Of a stretch of DNA of 64,000 nt, positions 8,994-17,735 are shown piece after piece. Both the position numbers and the translations under genes were made by a program. The notes under the pieces were generated by a model. The model was not told the origin of the DNA. It saw only the letters and a program-made list of their open reading frames with translations, and did not search any database. Origin of the DNA: Eubacteriales bacterium (GTDB lineage: Bacteria > Bacillota > Clostridia > Oscillospirales > CAG-272); NCBI GenBank assembly GCA_045578385.1, contig JAZNKD010000038.1, positions 3,341 to 67,340 on the forward strand, given 5' to 3'. Position 1 is the first letter of the stretch. Each line of letters begins with the position of its first letter.

Positions 8994-9875
8994 TCAAATC
9001 GACTCGGCGCACCAAGCGGAAAAGCCTTCTTCGGTGAGCTTTGTTTTTGCAAATTCCATAGCTTTCTTATTTTCGAAAATCGCAAATAAAGACGGGCCGC
9101 TTCCGCTCATCATAACTCCGTCTGCACCGAGGGAAAGCAATTTCCCTTTGAGTAATGCCGAACGCGTGCATTTTTCAAGAATAGGTGCTTCGAAAACGTT
9201 ATAAAGCGCGTTTTTATCAAAAATTCCCGAGGATAACATATTGATAAGCGTTGAAAACGTATTTTCACCGCCTCTAGCAATTCCGCCGTCAAAATTAGAA
9301 TACGCTTTATCAAGCGCGCGGTACGCCTCGGGCGTTGAAACGTGTTCTCCCGAATTCGCAATAAGAATATTCAATTTGAGATTGCAGTCAAGCTTGGTCA
9401 TTTTTTCTCCTCTGCCTTCGCATAACGCGGTCTTGCCAACAACACAATACGGCACGTCGGAGCCAAGCGCAGAAGCCATATCTAAAATCACTTTTGCCGA
9501 AAACGGACGCTTATAGAGTTTGTTCAGGGCTCGTAAAGTTGCCGCCGCATCAGAAGAACCGCCTGCGAGACCTGCCGCTACGGGTATTCTTTTCACAAGT
9601 CTTATTTTTACGTCTGCATCCAAACCGAGTTTTTCAAAAAACATTTCCGCTGCGCGATAAACAAGGTTTTTTGAATCGGTGGGCAAAAAGCGATTTCCAT
9701 CAATAGAGAGTTTAATTGATAACAGCTTTGACGGCGCAACCGAAACTATTACGTCATCGGCAAGAGATACCGAGTGCATAACTGTTTTTATTTCGTGAAA
9801 TCCGTCCTCTCTGATACCGAGAACATCGAGATACAGATTAATTTTTGCATATGCTTTTTCTTTTACTACGGTCAT
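8994..9875 (-). CDS. ispE: 4-diphosphocytidyl-2-C-methyl-D-erythritol kinase
   Basis: MTVVKEKAYAKINLYLDV... with the GHMP kinase motif PVAAGLAGGSSDAAA. I trimmed the start to the ATG at 9875. Confidence 0.9.
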   Translation of the reverse strand: MTVVKEKAYAKINLYLDVLGIREDGFHEIKTVMHSVSLADDVIVSVAPSKLLSIKLSIDGNRFLPTDSKNLVYRAAEMFFEKLGLDADVKIRLVKRIPVAAGLAGGSSDAAATLRALNKLYKRPFSAKVILDMASALGSDVPYCVVGKTALCEGRGEKMTKLDCNLKLNILIANSGEHVSTPEAYRALDKAYSNFDGGIARGGENTFSTLINMLSSGIFDKNALYNVFEAPILEKCTRSALLKGKLLSLGADGVMMSGSGPSLFAIFENKKAMEFAKTKLTEEGFSAWCAESI

Positions 9876-10166
9876 ATTTTCCCCTATTTTTTGATTACAG
9901 ACATAATATGCTTGTAAGCTTTCGTTTAATTTTATTAGACAAACTCGGCAGGCTATAATAATTATTGTCGGCAGCAATGATATTTATGACTTGATATAAC
10001 CGATAATAACATTAAGCTATGGAATGATTTTAGCACGACTGATAATAAATGTCAACTATTCCGATTATTTTTCAAAGCATAGCTAAAAAGCATTTTGGTT
10101 TATACTAAGTCGTTTAATTCTCACATTACCTTTAAAAAATATTTATCACAATATTTAAAAAAACAC

Positions 10167-10195
10167 TTGACAAACTATGTCATTTATGGTAAAAT
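10167..10195 (+). promoter_or_regulatory. Sigma-A promoter of rpsF-ssb-rpsR
   Basis: TTGACA-N17-TAAAAT. Confidence 0.65.
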
Positions 10196-10282
10196 ACTTC
10201 ACTGGTGCGAATCAACTGAGATTCGACTCCTTGCAATTCGGATTTTGAATTGCCTAATGACCATAAGGAGGTAAAAATTCAA

Positions 10283-10654
10283 ATGGAAAAGAAGATTTGT
10301 TCTTACGAGACCCTCTTTGTTCTTTCCGGCAACCTTGCAGAAGATACTTACGTTGCACTTAAGGACAAGTTCGTTACTCTCATCGGTGAAAACGCTTCCG
10401 ATGTTACCGTTAACGAGTGGGGCAAGCGCAGACTTGCATATCCTATCAATTACATCACTGAAGGATATTACGTTCTCGTTAATTTCAAGAGCGAACCTGA
10501 CTTCCCCCGCGAGCTTACTCGTGTATTCGGTATCACCGAAGGTGTTATCCGTTACATGACTACCGCTAAGGAAGTTAAGGCTGAATCGGCAGCTGTTGCC
10601 GAGGAAGTTTCCGTTGAAGAGGTTGCAGAAGTAACCGAAGCAACTGAGGCTTAA
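10283..10654 (+). CDS. rpsF: 30S ribosomal protein S6
   Basis: The ATG at 10283 follows AAGGAGG. YETLFVLS...WGKRRLAYPI is the S6 signature, with an acidic C-terminal tail. The rpsF-ssb-rpsR synteny is conserved. Confidence 0.93.
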   Translation: MEKKICSYETLFVLSGNLAEDTYVALKDKFVTLIGENASDVTVNEWGKRRLAYPINYITEGYYVLVNFKSEPDFPRELTRVFGITEGVIRYMTTAKEVKAESAAVAEEVSVEEVAEVTEATEA

Positions 10655-10684
10655 TTATTTTAAATCTAAATGGAGGCAAAACAT

Positions 10685-11140
10685 ATGGCAAGTTTCAATA
10701 AGGTTATCCTTATCGGTAACATGACTGCAGATCCCGAGCTTAAGCAGACTGCAGCTGGTATTTCCGTATGCAGCTTCTCTATCGCGGTTAACCGCCGTTT
10801 TGCAAAACCCGAGCAGGGTCAGCAGAACGTTGACTTCATTAACATTGTTACATGGCGTCAGAGCGCTGAATTTGTCAGCCGTTTCTTCAAGAAAGGTAAT
10901 CCCATTCTTGTTTGCGGCCAGCTTCAGACAAGAACCTGGACGGACAATCAGGGTCAGAAGAGATATGCAACAGAAGTAGTTGCAGACGAGGTTTCATTCG
11001 TTACTTCTGCAGCTCAGGGTACTCAGGCTCCCGCAGCAGGCGCTCAGGGTTATACTCCCGATGCATACGGCGCTCCCACTTACAGCACCGGTGGTGCTAA
11101 TTTCGAAGAACTTCCCAGCGACGGAGATCTCCCCTTCTAA
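10685..11140 (+). CDS. ssb: Single-stranded DNA-binding protein
   Basis: MASFNKVILIGNMTADPELK... followed by an OB fold, with the acidic C-terminal tip DGDLPF. Confidence 0.95.
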   Translation: MASFNKVILIGNMTADPELKQTAAGISVCSFSIAVNRRFAKPEQGQQNVDFINIVTWRQSAEFVSRFFKKGNPILVCGQLQTRTWTDNQGQKRYATEVVADEVSFVTSAAQGTQAPAAGAQGYTPDAYGAPTYSTGGANFEELPSDGDLPF

Positions 11141-11228
11141 AAGATCATTTCCGTCCTCTCGCTCGCAAGACTCACTGCGATGCGGGCAATATTGAAATCG
11201 TGAGTCGGAAAGGTTATGGACTATTCTA

Positions 11229-11480
11229 ATGGATAGAAACGATACACAGCGTCCCTCGTTCCGCCCTATGCACAGAAGAAAGAAAGTTTGCATCTTCTGC
11301 CAGGACAAAGTAAACGAGATCGATTATAAGGATATCGCAAAGCTCAGAAAATTCATTTCCGAGCGTGCTAAGATCCTCCCCAGACGTGTTTCCGGCACTT
11401 GCGCTCTTCATCAGAGACAGCTTACTACAGCTATCAAGAGAGCTCGCCAGATGGCACTTCTTCCCTACGTATCCAACTAA
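11229..11480 (+). CDS. rpsR: 30S ribosomal protein S18
   Basis: RRKKVCIFC...IDYKD...[27 protein letters not shown] is the canonical S18 sequence. Confidence 0.95.
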   Translation: MDRNDTQRPSFRPMHRRKKVCIFCQDKVNEIDYKDIAKLRKFISERAKILPRRVSGTCALHQRQLTTAIKRARQMALLPYVSN

Positions 11481-11620
11481 TTCGAGATACTTGTTATAAG
11501 ACAATATCAATTTAAACGAAAACAACAAAAGCTTTCGACCTAATATATATTGTCTTTAGCAACAAAAAAACAATTTAAAAACATTAAAGCACTCTGCGAA
11601 AAACACAGAGTGCTTTTTCT
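11481..11620 (+). repeat. Copy 1 of a ~130-nt structured direct repeat ending in an intrinsic terminator
   Basis: TACTTGTTATAAGACAATATCAATTTAAACGAAAACAACAAAAGCTTTCGA...CAATTTAAAAACATTAAAGCACTCTGCGAAAAACACAGAGTGCTTTTT. See copy 2. Confidence 0.8.
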
Positions 11621-11794
11621 TTTCCTCTTCACCTTGTCTCGAACATAATATAATCTCGCTCCTAATATATGCAAATATTTGAAGCCTAAGGACTATTTTA
11701 TAAAAAATAGTTTTCCTTTTCAAAAAAACAGTTGACGAAAGAAGAAAAGCAATGTATAATGTCAGTGATATTTAGAAAGCGAGGTTCTTATATA

Positions 11795-12433
11795 ATGATG
11801 GATTTTGGAAATGTACTGATTTTAGGTGACAGCTATTCCACTTTCAAAGGATTTAATCCCGACGGATATGCCTATTGGTATCCTCAGGGCGGATCGGACA
11901 ATTCCCACACAGATGTCAAGGAGGTTAGCGAAACATGGTGGCATCAGCTTATCAATGAAACGAAGTCAAAGCTCATTCTGAACGACAGCTACTCCGGCTC
12001 GACAATATGCTCAACAGAACGGGAATCAATGCCCGGGACACACTTTAATCTCAGAACCGACAGAATGATAAGCAACGGCTTCTTCAACGAGAACAGAATA
12101 GATACGATTTTTATTTTCGGTGGTACTAACGACTCCTGGATAAACTCACCTGTCGGCAATATAAAATACGGTCAAATTACCGAGGATGATATAAGAATGA
12201 TCCTGCCGGCTTTTTCAGCTCTTATATCAAAGCTCAAAAGCGCCTCTCCTCATTCAAGAATAATTCCGCTTATTAATTGTGATATCAAGCCTGAGGTTGC
12301 GGACGGATTTGAGGAAATCTGCCGCCACTACGAATTGACTTATATAAAATTTGAAGTCCTGGACAAGCTTTCGGGACATCCAAGCCGTAAGGGTATGGAG
12401 CAGATCAAGAGTGCTATTAAAAATTTGCTGTAA
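11795..12433 (+). CDS. SGNH/GDSL-family hydrolase
   Basis: The N-terminal block VLILGDSYS (GDS catalytic Ser) and the later FGGTNDS block are present. I set the start to the ATG at 11795, downstream of a GAGG. Confidence 0.7.
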   Translation: MMDFGNVLILGDSYSTFKGFNPDGYAYWYPQGGSDNSHTDVKEVSETWWHQLINETKSKLILNDSYSGSTICSTERESMPGTHFNLRTDRMISNGFFNENRIDTIFIFGGTNDSWINSPVGNIKYGQITEDDIRMILPAFSALISKLKSASPHSRIIPLINCDIKPEVADGFEEICRHYELTYIKFEVLDKLSGHPSRKGMEQIKSAIKNLL

Positions 12434-12478
12434 GCATTATGCCAATGCCCTCACCGCAGAGGTAGAAAAAATTTGCAC

Positions 12479-12640
12479 TTTCGAGAACGAACGGGCTTGT
12501 TCGACGACAATACTTGTTATAAAACAATATCATTTTAAACGAAAACAACAAAAGCTTTCGAATTTATATGGTGTCTTATACTAGGGTAAAACAATTTAAA
12601 AGCATTAAAGCACTCTGCGAAAGCACAGAGTGCTTTTTTT
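12479..12640 (+). repeat. Copy 2 of the ~130-nt structured direct repeat
   Basis: TACTTGTTATAAAACAATATCATTTTAAACGAAAACAACAAAAGCTTTCGA...CAATTTAAAAGCATTAAAGCACTCTGCGAAAGCACAGAGTGCTTTTTTT. It is near-identical to copy 1 at both ends and divergent in the middle. Confidence 0.8.
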
Positions 12641-12721
12641 CTGCATTCTAAAAGTAATAACTTGACAAAATCCATTTACTTTGATAAAATTAATTGAAAT
12701 TTTTATTTTAGGAGATTAAAA

Positions 12722-14044
12722 ATGCGTTTAGGAAAGAAGAATACAGTTTTAATCAGCCTTATGCTCTTCTCCCTTTTCTTCGGAGCCGGGAATTTGATAT
12801 TTCCGCCGCTTCTTGGGCAGCAAGCAGGCTCTAATACAGCTCTTGCTTTTATAGGATTTCTAATTACTGCGGTATTTTTGCCTGTTTTGGGCGTTATCGT
12901 CGTTGGCAAATTCGGCGGATTAACCGTTCTTTCAAGGAAAGTAGGCAATGTATTTGCTTTGCTATTTACACTCTTAATATACTTGTCAATAGGTCCCGGT
13001 CTTGGAATACCAAGAGCCGGCTCGGTTCCTTTTGAAATGGCAATAATGCCCTATCTGCCGGAGAGCGCAAACGTTACTCTTTGTATGGCGCTTTATACTT
13101 TAGTCTTCTTTGCAATAGTTTTATGGCTTTGCTTGAATCCAGGAAAGCTGGTAAAGCGAATCGGCAATTTTCTTACTCCCGCGCTTTTGATTCTTATAGT
13201 GATAATGTTTGTCGCATTTTTATTTAAAATCGACAAGTCGGTAGCTGCACCCGGTGATTTATACGTTAATGCCCCGTTTTTGCAAGGATTTGTTGACGGA
13301 TATCAGACGATGGACACTATTGCCGCGCTGAATTTCGGTTTAGTTATTGCCTTAACCCTTACTTCTTTTGGCGTAAAAGAAGAAAAGGACGTTGTAAACC
13401 ATACGATTCGTGCAGGTATTTTTGCAGGTGCTGTTTTAACTACCGTATATTTAATGCTGACGATTATGGGCGCTGCTACATCAGGTGCTTATCCCGAAGA
13501 TTCAAACGGCGCAATAATTTTAAGAAGAATTATGTATGATTTGTTCGGCGACTTTGGCGCAATACTTCTCGCTGTGATTTTCACGTTGGCCTGCTTAACC
13601 ACCTGCGTTGGCTTAACAAATTCCATTTCCTCGTTCTTTGAAAAGCAATTTAAAACGCTTTCATATACAAAATGGGTAATAATAATCACGACAGTATCGT
13701 TTTTAATTTGCAACCTCGGGCTGAATATGATTTTATCCGTTTCCATTCCCGTATTAAACGCTATATATCCCGTATCCATAGTTCTAATTTTACTTGGACT
13801 GTTTGATAAATTCTTTAAGGGGCATAACCTCGTTTACAAACTATGTATCTATTCAACAGCGGTTATTAGCGTTATTTACGCTTTGGATCAGTTGGTTAAT
13901 TTTGGCATAGTATCTAAAGTACTATCCTTTATTCCTTTATACAGCCAGGGCTTTGGATGGGTAATAATTTGCGGACTTATGCTTCTCGTTAGTATCCTCA
14001 CGGTTTTTATTCAAAGCAAAACGCAGACTAAGAGAAAAAACTAA
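12722..14044 (+). CDS. brnQ: Branched-chain amino acid transport system II carrier (LIVCS family)
   Basis: 440 aa and polytopic. The N-terminus LFSLFFGAGNLIFPPLLG is typical of BrnQ. Confidence 0.88.
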   Translation: MRLGKKNTVLISLMLFSLFFGAGNLIFPPLLGQQAGSNTALAFIGFLITAVFLPVLGVIVVGKFGGLTVLSRKVGNVFALLFTLLIYLSIGPGLGIPRAGSVPFEMAIMPYLPESANVTLCMALYTLVFFAIVLWLCLNPGKLVKRIGNFLTPALLILIVIMFVAFLFKIDKSVAAPGDLYVNAPFLQGFVDGYQTMDTIAALNFGLVIALTLTSFGVKEEKDVVNHTIRAGIFAGAVLTTVYLMLTIMGAATSGAYPEDSNGAIILRRIMYDLFGDFGAILLAVIFTLACLTTCVGLTNSISSFFEKQFKTLSYTKWVIIITTVSFLICNLGLNMILSVSIPVLNAIYPVSIVLILLGLFDKFFKGHNLVYKLCIYSTAVISVIYALDQLVNFGIVSKVLSFIPLYSQGFGWVIICGLMLLVSILTVFIQSKTQTKRKN

Positions 14045-14253
14045 TAAATTACTTAGAGAGTATAATGCCGAATAATCGCGCCAGAGCGCACTCAAAATAC
14101 TACTATAAAAACGTAGACGAGATTCACCGTCGGCTGCGAATACGCTGAAAAAACGGATTTGCAGAACTTTTGATAAGTTTTACGGTAGCATTCACGCAAA
14201 TGCTGTCAGAACGTGCAAAAACAATACATATAACTAATTAAAGGTAAGAATTT

Positions 14254-14625
14254 ATGTTGAAAATCCGTGAAATACGTATAATAGATCTTATTACTTACTT
14301 TCTTTTGCCCGCAGTTATACTTGCGTCTGTCTGGATTACATACGGTCTGTGGTTAATCAATATACATATTTCAGTCAACGTAATTTCTTGTATAGTATTC
14401 TCTGCTTCGAGCTATTTTCTGCTTAAGCGCTTTGCTATCGGATGCGTTCTGCTTTATAAGGCTGTTGCGCCTGAGTCTATGCGCGATGCATGCAGATTTG
14501 AGCCGACTTGCTCAACGTATATGATAATAGCTATCAAGAAATACGGACTTTTCCGCGGACTTTTCCGCGGGCTTAAAAGGATATCCAGATGCAAGCCGCC
14601 AAACGGCGGAATCGATTATCCGTAA
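14254..14625 (+). CDS. yidD: Membrane protein insertion efficiency factor YidD with an N-terminal two-TM extension
   Basis: The C-terminal half CRFEPTCSTYMIIAIKKYG...LKRISRCKPPNGGIDYP matches the YidD signature. Confidence 0.8.
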   Translation: MLKIREIRIIDLITYFLLPAVILASVWITYGLWLINIHISVNVISCIVFSASSYFLLKRFAIGCVLLYKAVAPESMRDACRFEPTCSTYMIIAIKKYGLFRGLFRGLKRISRCKPPNGGIDYP

Positions 14626-14663
14626 AATTAAATAAACGGTTAAAAAGCAATATAATATAAATC

Positions 14664-14707
14664 AAAGCGGCTGTCCAAAACGTAAAAAATTTTGGACAGC
14701 CGTTTTT
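14664..14707 (+). terminator. Intrinsic terminator after yidD
   Basis: GCGGCTGTCCAAAA...TTTTGGACAGCCG stem followed by TTTTT. Confidence 0.75.
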
Positions 14708-14749
14708 CATTTTATCAAATACTTAACAAATCGTTCTTAACGACTTGCA

Positions 14750-14787
14750 GAAAATCAAAAGACCTTTCCGGGTTAAGAAAGGTCTTA
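14750..14787 (-). terminator. Intrinsic terminator after rpsT
   Basis: AAGACCTTT/AAAGGTCTT stem with a T-run on the minus strand. Confidence 0.7.
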
Positions 14788-14800
14788 AAATCGGCAAAAT

Positions 14801-15064
14801 TTATGCCATTTTATTAAGCTTAAGTGTGAGCTCTGACTTCTTGTGAGCAGCGTTGTTCTTATGAAGAATACCGCGAACTACAGCCTGGTCAACCTTTTTG
14901 ATAACTACAGGATAAAGCTCGGTAGCAGCGCTCTTATCGCCGGCAGCAACAGCAGCGTTGAACTTCTTGATGAAGGTCTTAAGCTGGCTCTTTGCCATCT
15001 GATTACGAAGAGCTTTTGCACGGTTAACAAGAATACGCTTCTTAGCGGACTTGATATTAGCCAT
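14801..15064 (-). CDS. rpsT: 30S ribosomal protein S20
   Basis: MANIKSAKKRILVNRAKALRN... I trimmed the start to the ATG at 15064, which is preceded by AAGGAG. Confidence 0.95.
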   Translation of the reverse strand: MANIKSAKKRILVNRAKALRNQMAKSQLKTFIKKFNAAVAAGDKSAATELYPVVIKKVDQAVVRGILHKNNAAHKKSELTLKLNKMA

Positions 15065-15238
15065 TTTAGTCTCCTTTAAATTTTCATGCCGACTGCTGCA
15101 ACTCATCTACAACGGCTGAGAGGGTCCGTTTTTTGACTCATTGCAACCTAGCCACATTTTTCTACCCAATAATTGTAACATAAAGATAGTTAAAAATCAA
15201 GTCTTTTTTTAAAAAAATTAAATATTTTTTCAAAGCTA

Positions 15239-15267
15239 TTGACAAACTATATTTCATATGATATACT
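15239..15267 (+). promoter_or_regulatory. Sigma-A promoter of ylxM-ffh-rpsP
   Basis: TTGACA-N17-TATACT. Confidence 0.65.
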
Positions 15268-15311
15268 TGTAAAGCGAATTGCTTTACAGTTTCGCTTGGA
15301 GGAAGCTCATT

Positions 15312-15662
15312 ATGTTTGAAAAAAATATGCGCTACGCTTTTTTGCTTGACGCATACGGCGCTGTTCTCGACGAGCATGCAAGAACAATAATGACAGCATA
15401 CTACGAGGATGATTTTTCGCTAGCTGAAATAGCCGAGGGCGAAGGCATCTCCAGACAGGGTGTACGTCATATCATTAAAAAAAGCGAAGAACAGCTTGAT
15501 TTTATGGAATCCAAGCTTAAGCTTTCCGAACATTATTCGGCGCTTGACGAGTTTTATAAAGAGCTTTCGGTTATTGCAGATAATATGGCTTTATCCGTCG
15601 ATAGCAAAGCTAAAACCTATGCCGATAAGATATACGCTCTCCTAAAAAATATCAAGCAATAA
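15312..15662 (+). CDS. ylxM: UPF0122 / YlxM putative helix-turn-helix protein
   Basis: YYEDDFSLAEIAEGEGISRQGVRHIIKKSE, located immediately upstream of ffh as in Bacillus. Confidence 0.88.
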   Translation: MFEKNMRYAFLLDAYGAVLDEHARTIMTAYYEDDFSLAEIAEGEGISRQGVRHIIKKSEEQLDFMESKLKLSEHYSALDEFYKELSVIADNMALSVDSKAKTYADKIYALLKNIKQ

Positions 15663-15689
15663 GCAAGAAAATAAGCTACGGAGGTCAAT

Positions 15690-17021
15690 ATGTTCCAAGG
15701 TCTTACGGAAAAATTGGCTAACGCCTTTAAAAAATTCAGAAGCAAAGGTAAACTTACCGCCGCCGACGTTAAGGAAGGTATGCGTGAAGTAAAGCTTGCG
15801 CTTCTTGAGGCCGACGTTAATTTCAAGGTAGTTAAGGAATTTGTTAATTCTGTTACGGAGCGCGCGGTAGGAACTGAAGTTCTTGAAAGTCTTTTGCCCG
15901 CGCAGCAGATAGTTAAAATAGTAAACGAAGAGCTCGTAAGTCTTATGGGCGGCGAGACTCCGAAAATAAATATCAGTCCCAAGCCCCCTACCGTTATTAT
16001 GATGGTAGGTCTGCAGGGTGCAGGTAAAACAACTCACGCAGGTAAGATTGCAAATATGTACAAGGGCAAGGGCAAAAATCCCCTTCTCGTTGCCTGCGAC
16101 GTGTACAGACCTGCAGCCATCGATCAGTTGAAAATAGTCGGCGAATCGGTCGGTGTACCCGTTTTCTCAATGGGAGCAAAAATCTCCCCCGTTGATATAG
16201 CAAAGGCGGGAGTTGAGCATGCAAAAAAGAATGGGCACGATATGGTGCTCGTTGATACCGCAGGTAGACTTCATATTGATGAAGAACTTATGGCGGAGCT
16301 TGTTAAAATCAAGGAAAACGTTGAGCCTGCAGAAATACTCCTAGTAGTTGACGCTATGACTGGTCAGGATGCGGTAAACGTTGCAAAGGCGTTCAACGAT
16401 CTTCTTGATATAACGGGTGTTGTTCTTACAAAAATTGACGGAGATACAAGAGGCGGTGCCGCACTTTCCGTTAAATATATTACAGGTAAGCCCATCAAGT
16501 TCATCGGAACAGGTGAAAAGATGGACGCACTTGAGCTGTTCCACCCCGATAGAATGGCTTCAAGAATTCTCGGCATGGGCGATATTCTTTCTCTTATAGA
16601 AAAGGCTGAGGCTGCATTTGACGAGAAGAATGCAAAAGAGCTTGAAAAGAAGATGCGCGAGCAAACCTTTACACTTGACGACTTCCTTGAGCAGATGAGA
16701 AGTCTTAAGAAAATGGGTAACCTCGAGCAGATTCTCGGTATGATGCCCGGTGTTAAGCAAAGTCAGATAAAGGATGCCAAGATAGATGAAAATCAGATGA
16801 CTCACATTGAGGCTATTATCCTTTCTATGACAAAGAATGAGCGCAACAAGCCCGAAACCATCAACGGCTCCCGCAGAAAGCGTATTGCTGACGGCTCGGG
16901 AACGACTGTCGAAGAGGTTAATAAGCTTCTCAAGCAATTCGAGCAGATGAAAAAGATGATGAAGCAATTTTCGGGTGGTATGGGTAAGCGTCGCTTCGGC
17001 GGACTTAAGCTTCCCTTTTAA
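15690..17021 (+). CDS. ffh: Signal recognition particle protein
   Basis: 443 aa with GLQGAGKTT, DTAGRL and TKIDGD GTPase motifs and a Met-rich M domain. Confidence 0.97.
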   Translation: MFQGLTEKLANAFKKFRSKGKLTAADVKEGMREVKLALLEADVNFKVVKEFVNSVTERAVGTEVLESLLPAQQIVKIVNEELVSLMGGETPKINISPKPPTVIMMVGLQGAGKTTHAGKIANMYKGKGKNPLLVACDVYRPAAIDQLKIVGESVGVPVFSMGAKISPVDIAKAGVEHAKKNGHDMVLVDTAGRLHIDEELMAELVKIKENVEPAEILLVVDAMTGQDAVNVAKAFNDLLDITGVVLTKIDGDTRGGAALSVKYITGKPIKFIGTGEKMDALELFHPDRMASRILGMGDILSLIEKAEAAFDEKNAKELEKKMREQTFTLDDFLEQMRSLKKMGNLEQILGMMPGVKQSQIKDAKIDENQMTHIEAIILSMTKNERNKPETINGSRRKRIADGSGTTVEEVNKLLKQFEQMKKMMKQFSGGMGKRRFGGLKLPF

Positions 17022-17078
17022 TTAGGTTATTTTTTAATAAAATAAAATACAAACATTCATTTTTTGGAGGAAAAAACA

Positions 17079-17324
17079 ATGGCAGTAAAAATCAGACTTA
17101 AAAGACTTGGAGCTAAGAAGTCTCCCTTCTACCGTGTTGTAGTTGCAGACGAGAGATCTCCCCGTGACGGTAAGTTCATCGAAGAAATAGGTTACTATAA
17201 CCCCCTTACCGATCCCGCTGACATTAAGATTGACGCAGAAAAGGCTACTAAGTGGCTTAATAACGGTGCTCAGCCTACAGATACCGTTAGAGCTCTTCTT
17301 AAGAAGTCCGAAATCATTAAGTAA
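17079..17324 (+). CDS. rpsP: 30S ribosomal protein S16
   Basis: [24 protein letters not shown]... is canonical S16. Confidence 0.95.
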   Translation: MAVKIRLKRLGAKKSPFYRVVVADERSPRDGKFIEEIGYYNPLTDPADIKIDAEKATKWLNNGAQPTDTVRALLKKSEIIK

Positions 17325-17371
17325 TTCAACTAAATCGGAAGGAACGTTTCTTTTAGAAACAAGGATAAAGC

Positions 17372-17605
17372 ATGGAGCTTAAGCAGGTACTTACAGATAT
17401 TGCGCGTGCTATCGTGGACACTCCCGACGCTGTTAACGTTATCGAAAACGTTGACGGTGATAACGTTGTGCTTACTCTTGTTGTTGCGGAAGATGATACC
17501 GGTATGGTAATCGGACGTCACGGTAAGATAGCTAAGGCAATCCGCCAGGTTATGAAAGCCGCTGCAAATACGTGCGGAAAACACGTAACTGTAGAAATCA
17601 AATAA
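17372..17605 (+). CDS. ylqC: KH-domain RNA-binding protein (YlqC family)
   Basis: 77 aa with the GMVIGRHGKIAKAIR GXXG KH motif, located downstream of rpsP. Confidence 0.88.
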   Translation: MELKQVLTDIARAIVDTPDAVNVIENVDGDNVVLTLVVAEDDTGMVIGRHGKIAKAIRQVMKAAANTCGKHVTVEIK

Positions 17606-17610
17606 GACAT

Positions 17611-17646
17611 AAGTCAGGCATATCTATGCCTGACTTTGTTTTTTTA
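17611..17646 (+). terminator. Intrinsic terminator after the KH-domain gene
   Basis: AAGTCAGGCATA/TATGCCTGACTT stem plus a T-run. Confidence 0.8.
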
Positions 17647-17735
17647 TTAAATAATAACAAAATATCACATAGATTTTTAAACAATTACAACAATCTTTTC
17701 TCAAAAAAATGACCGTTTTTGCAGAGGTTAAAATT

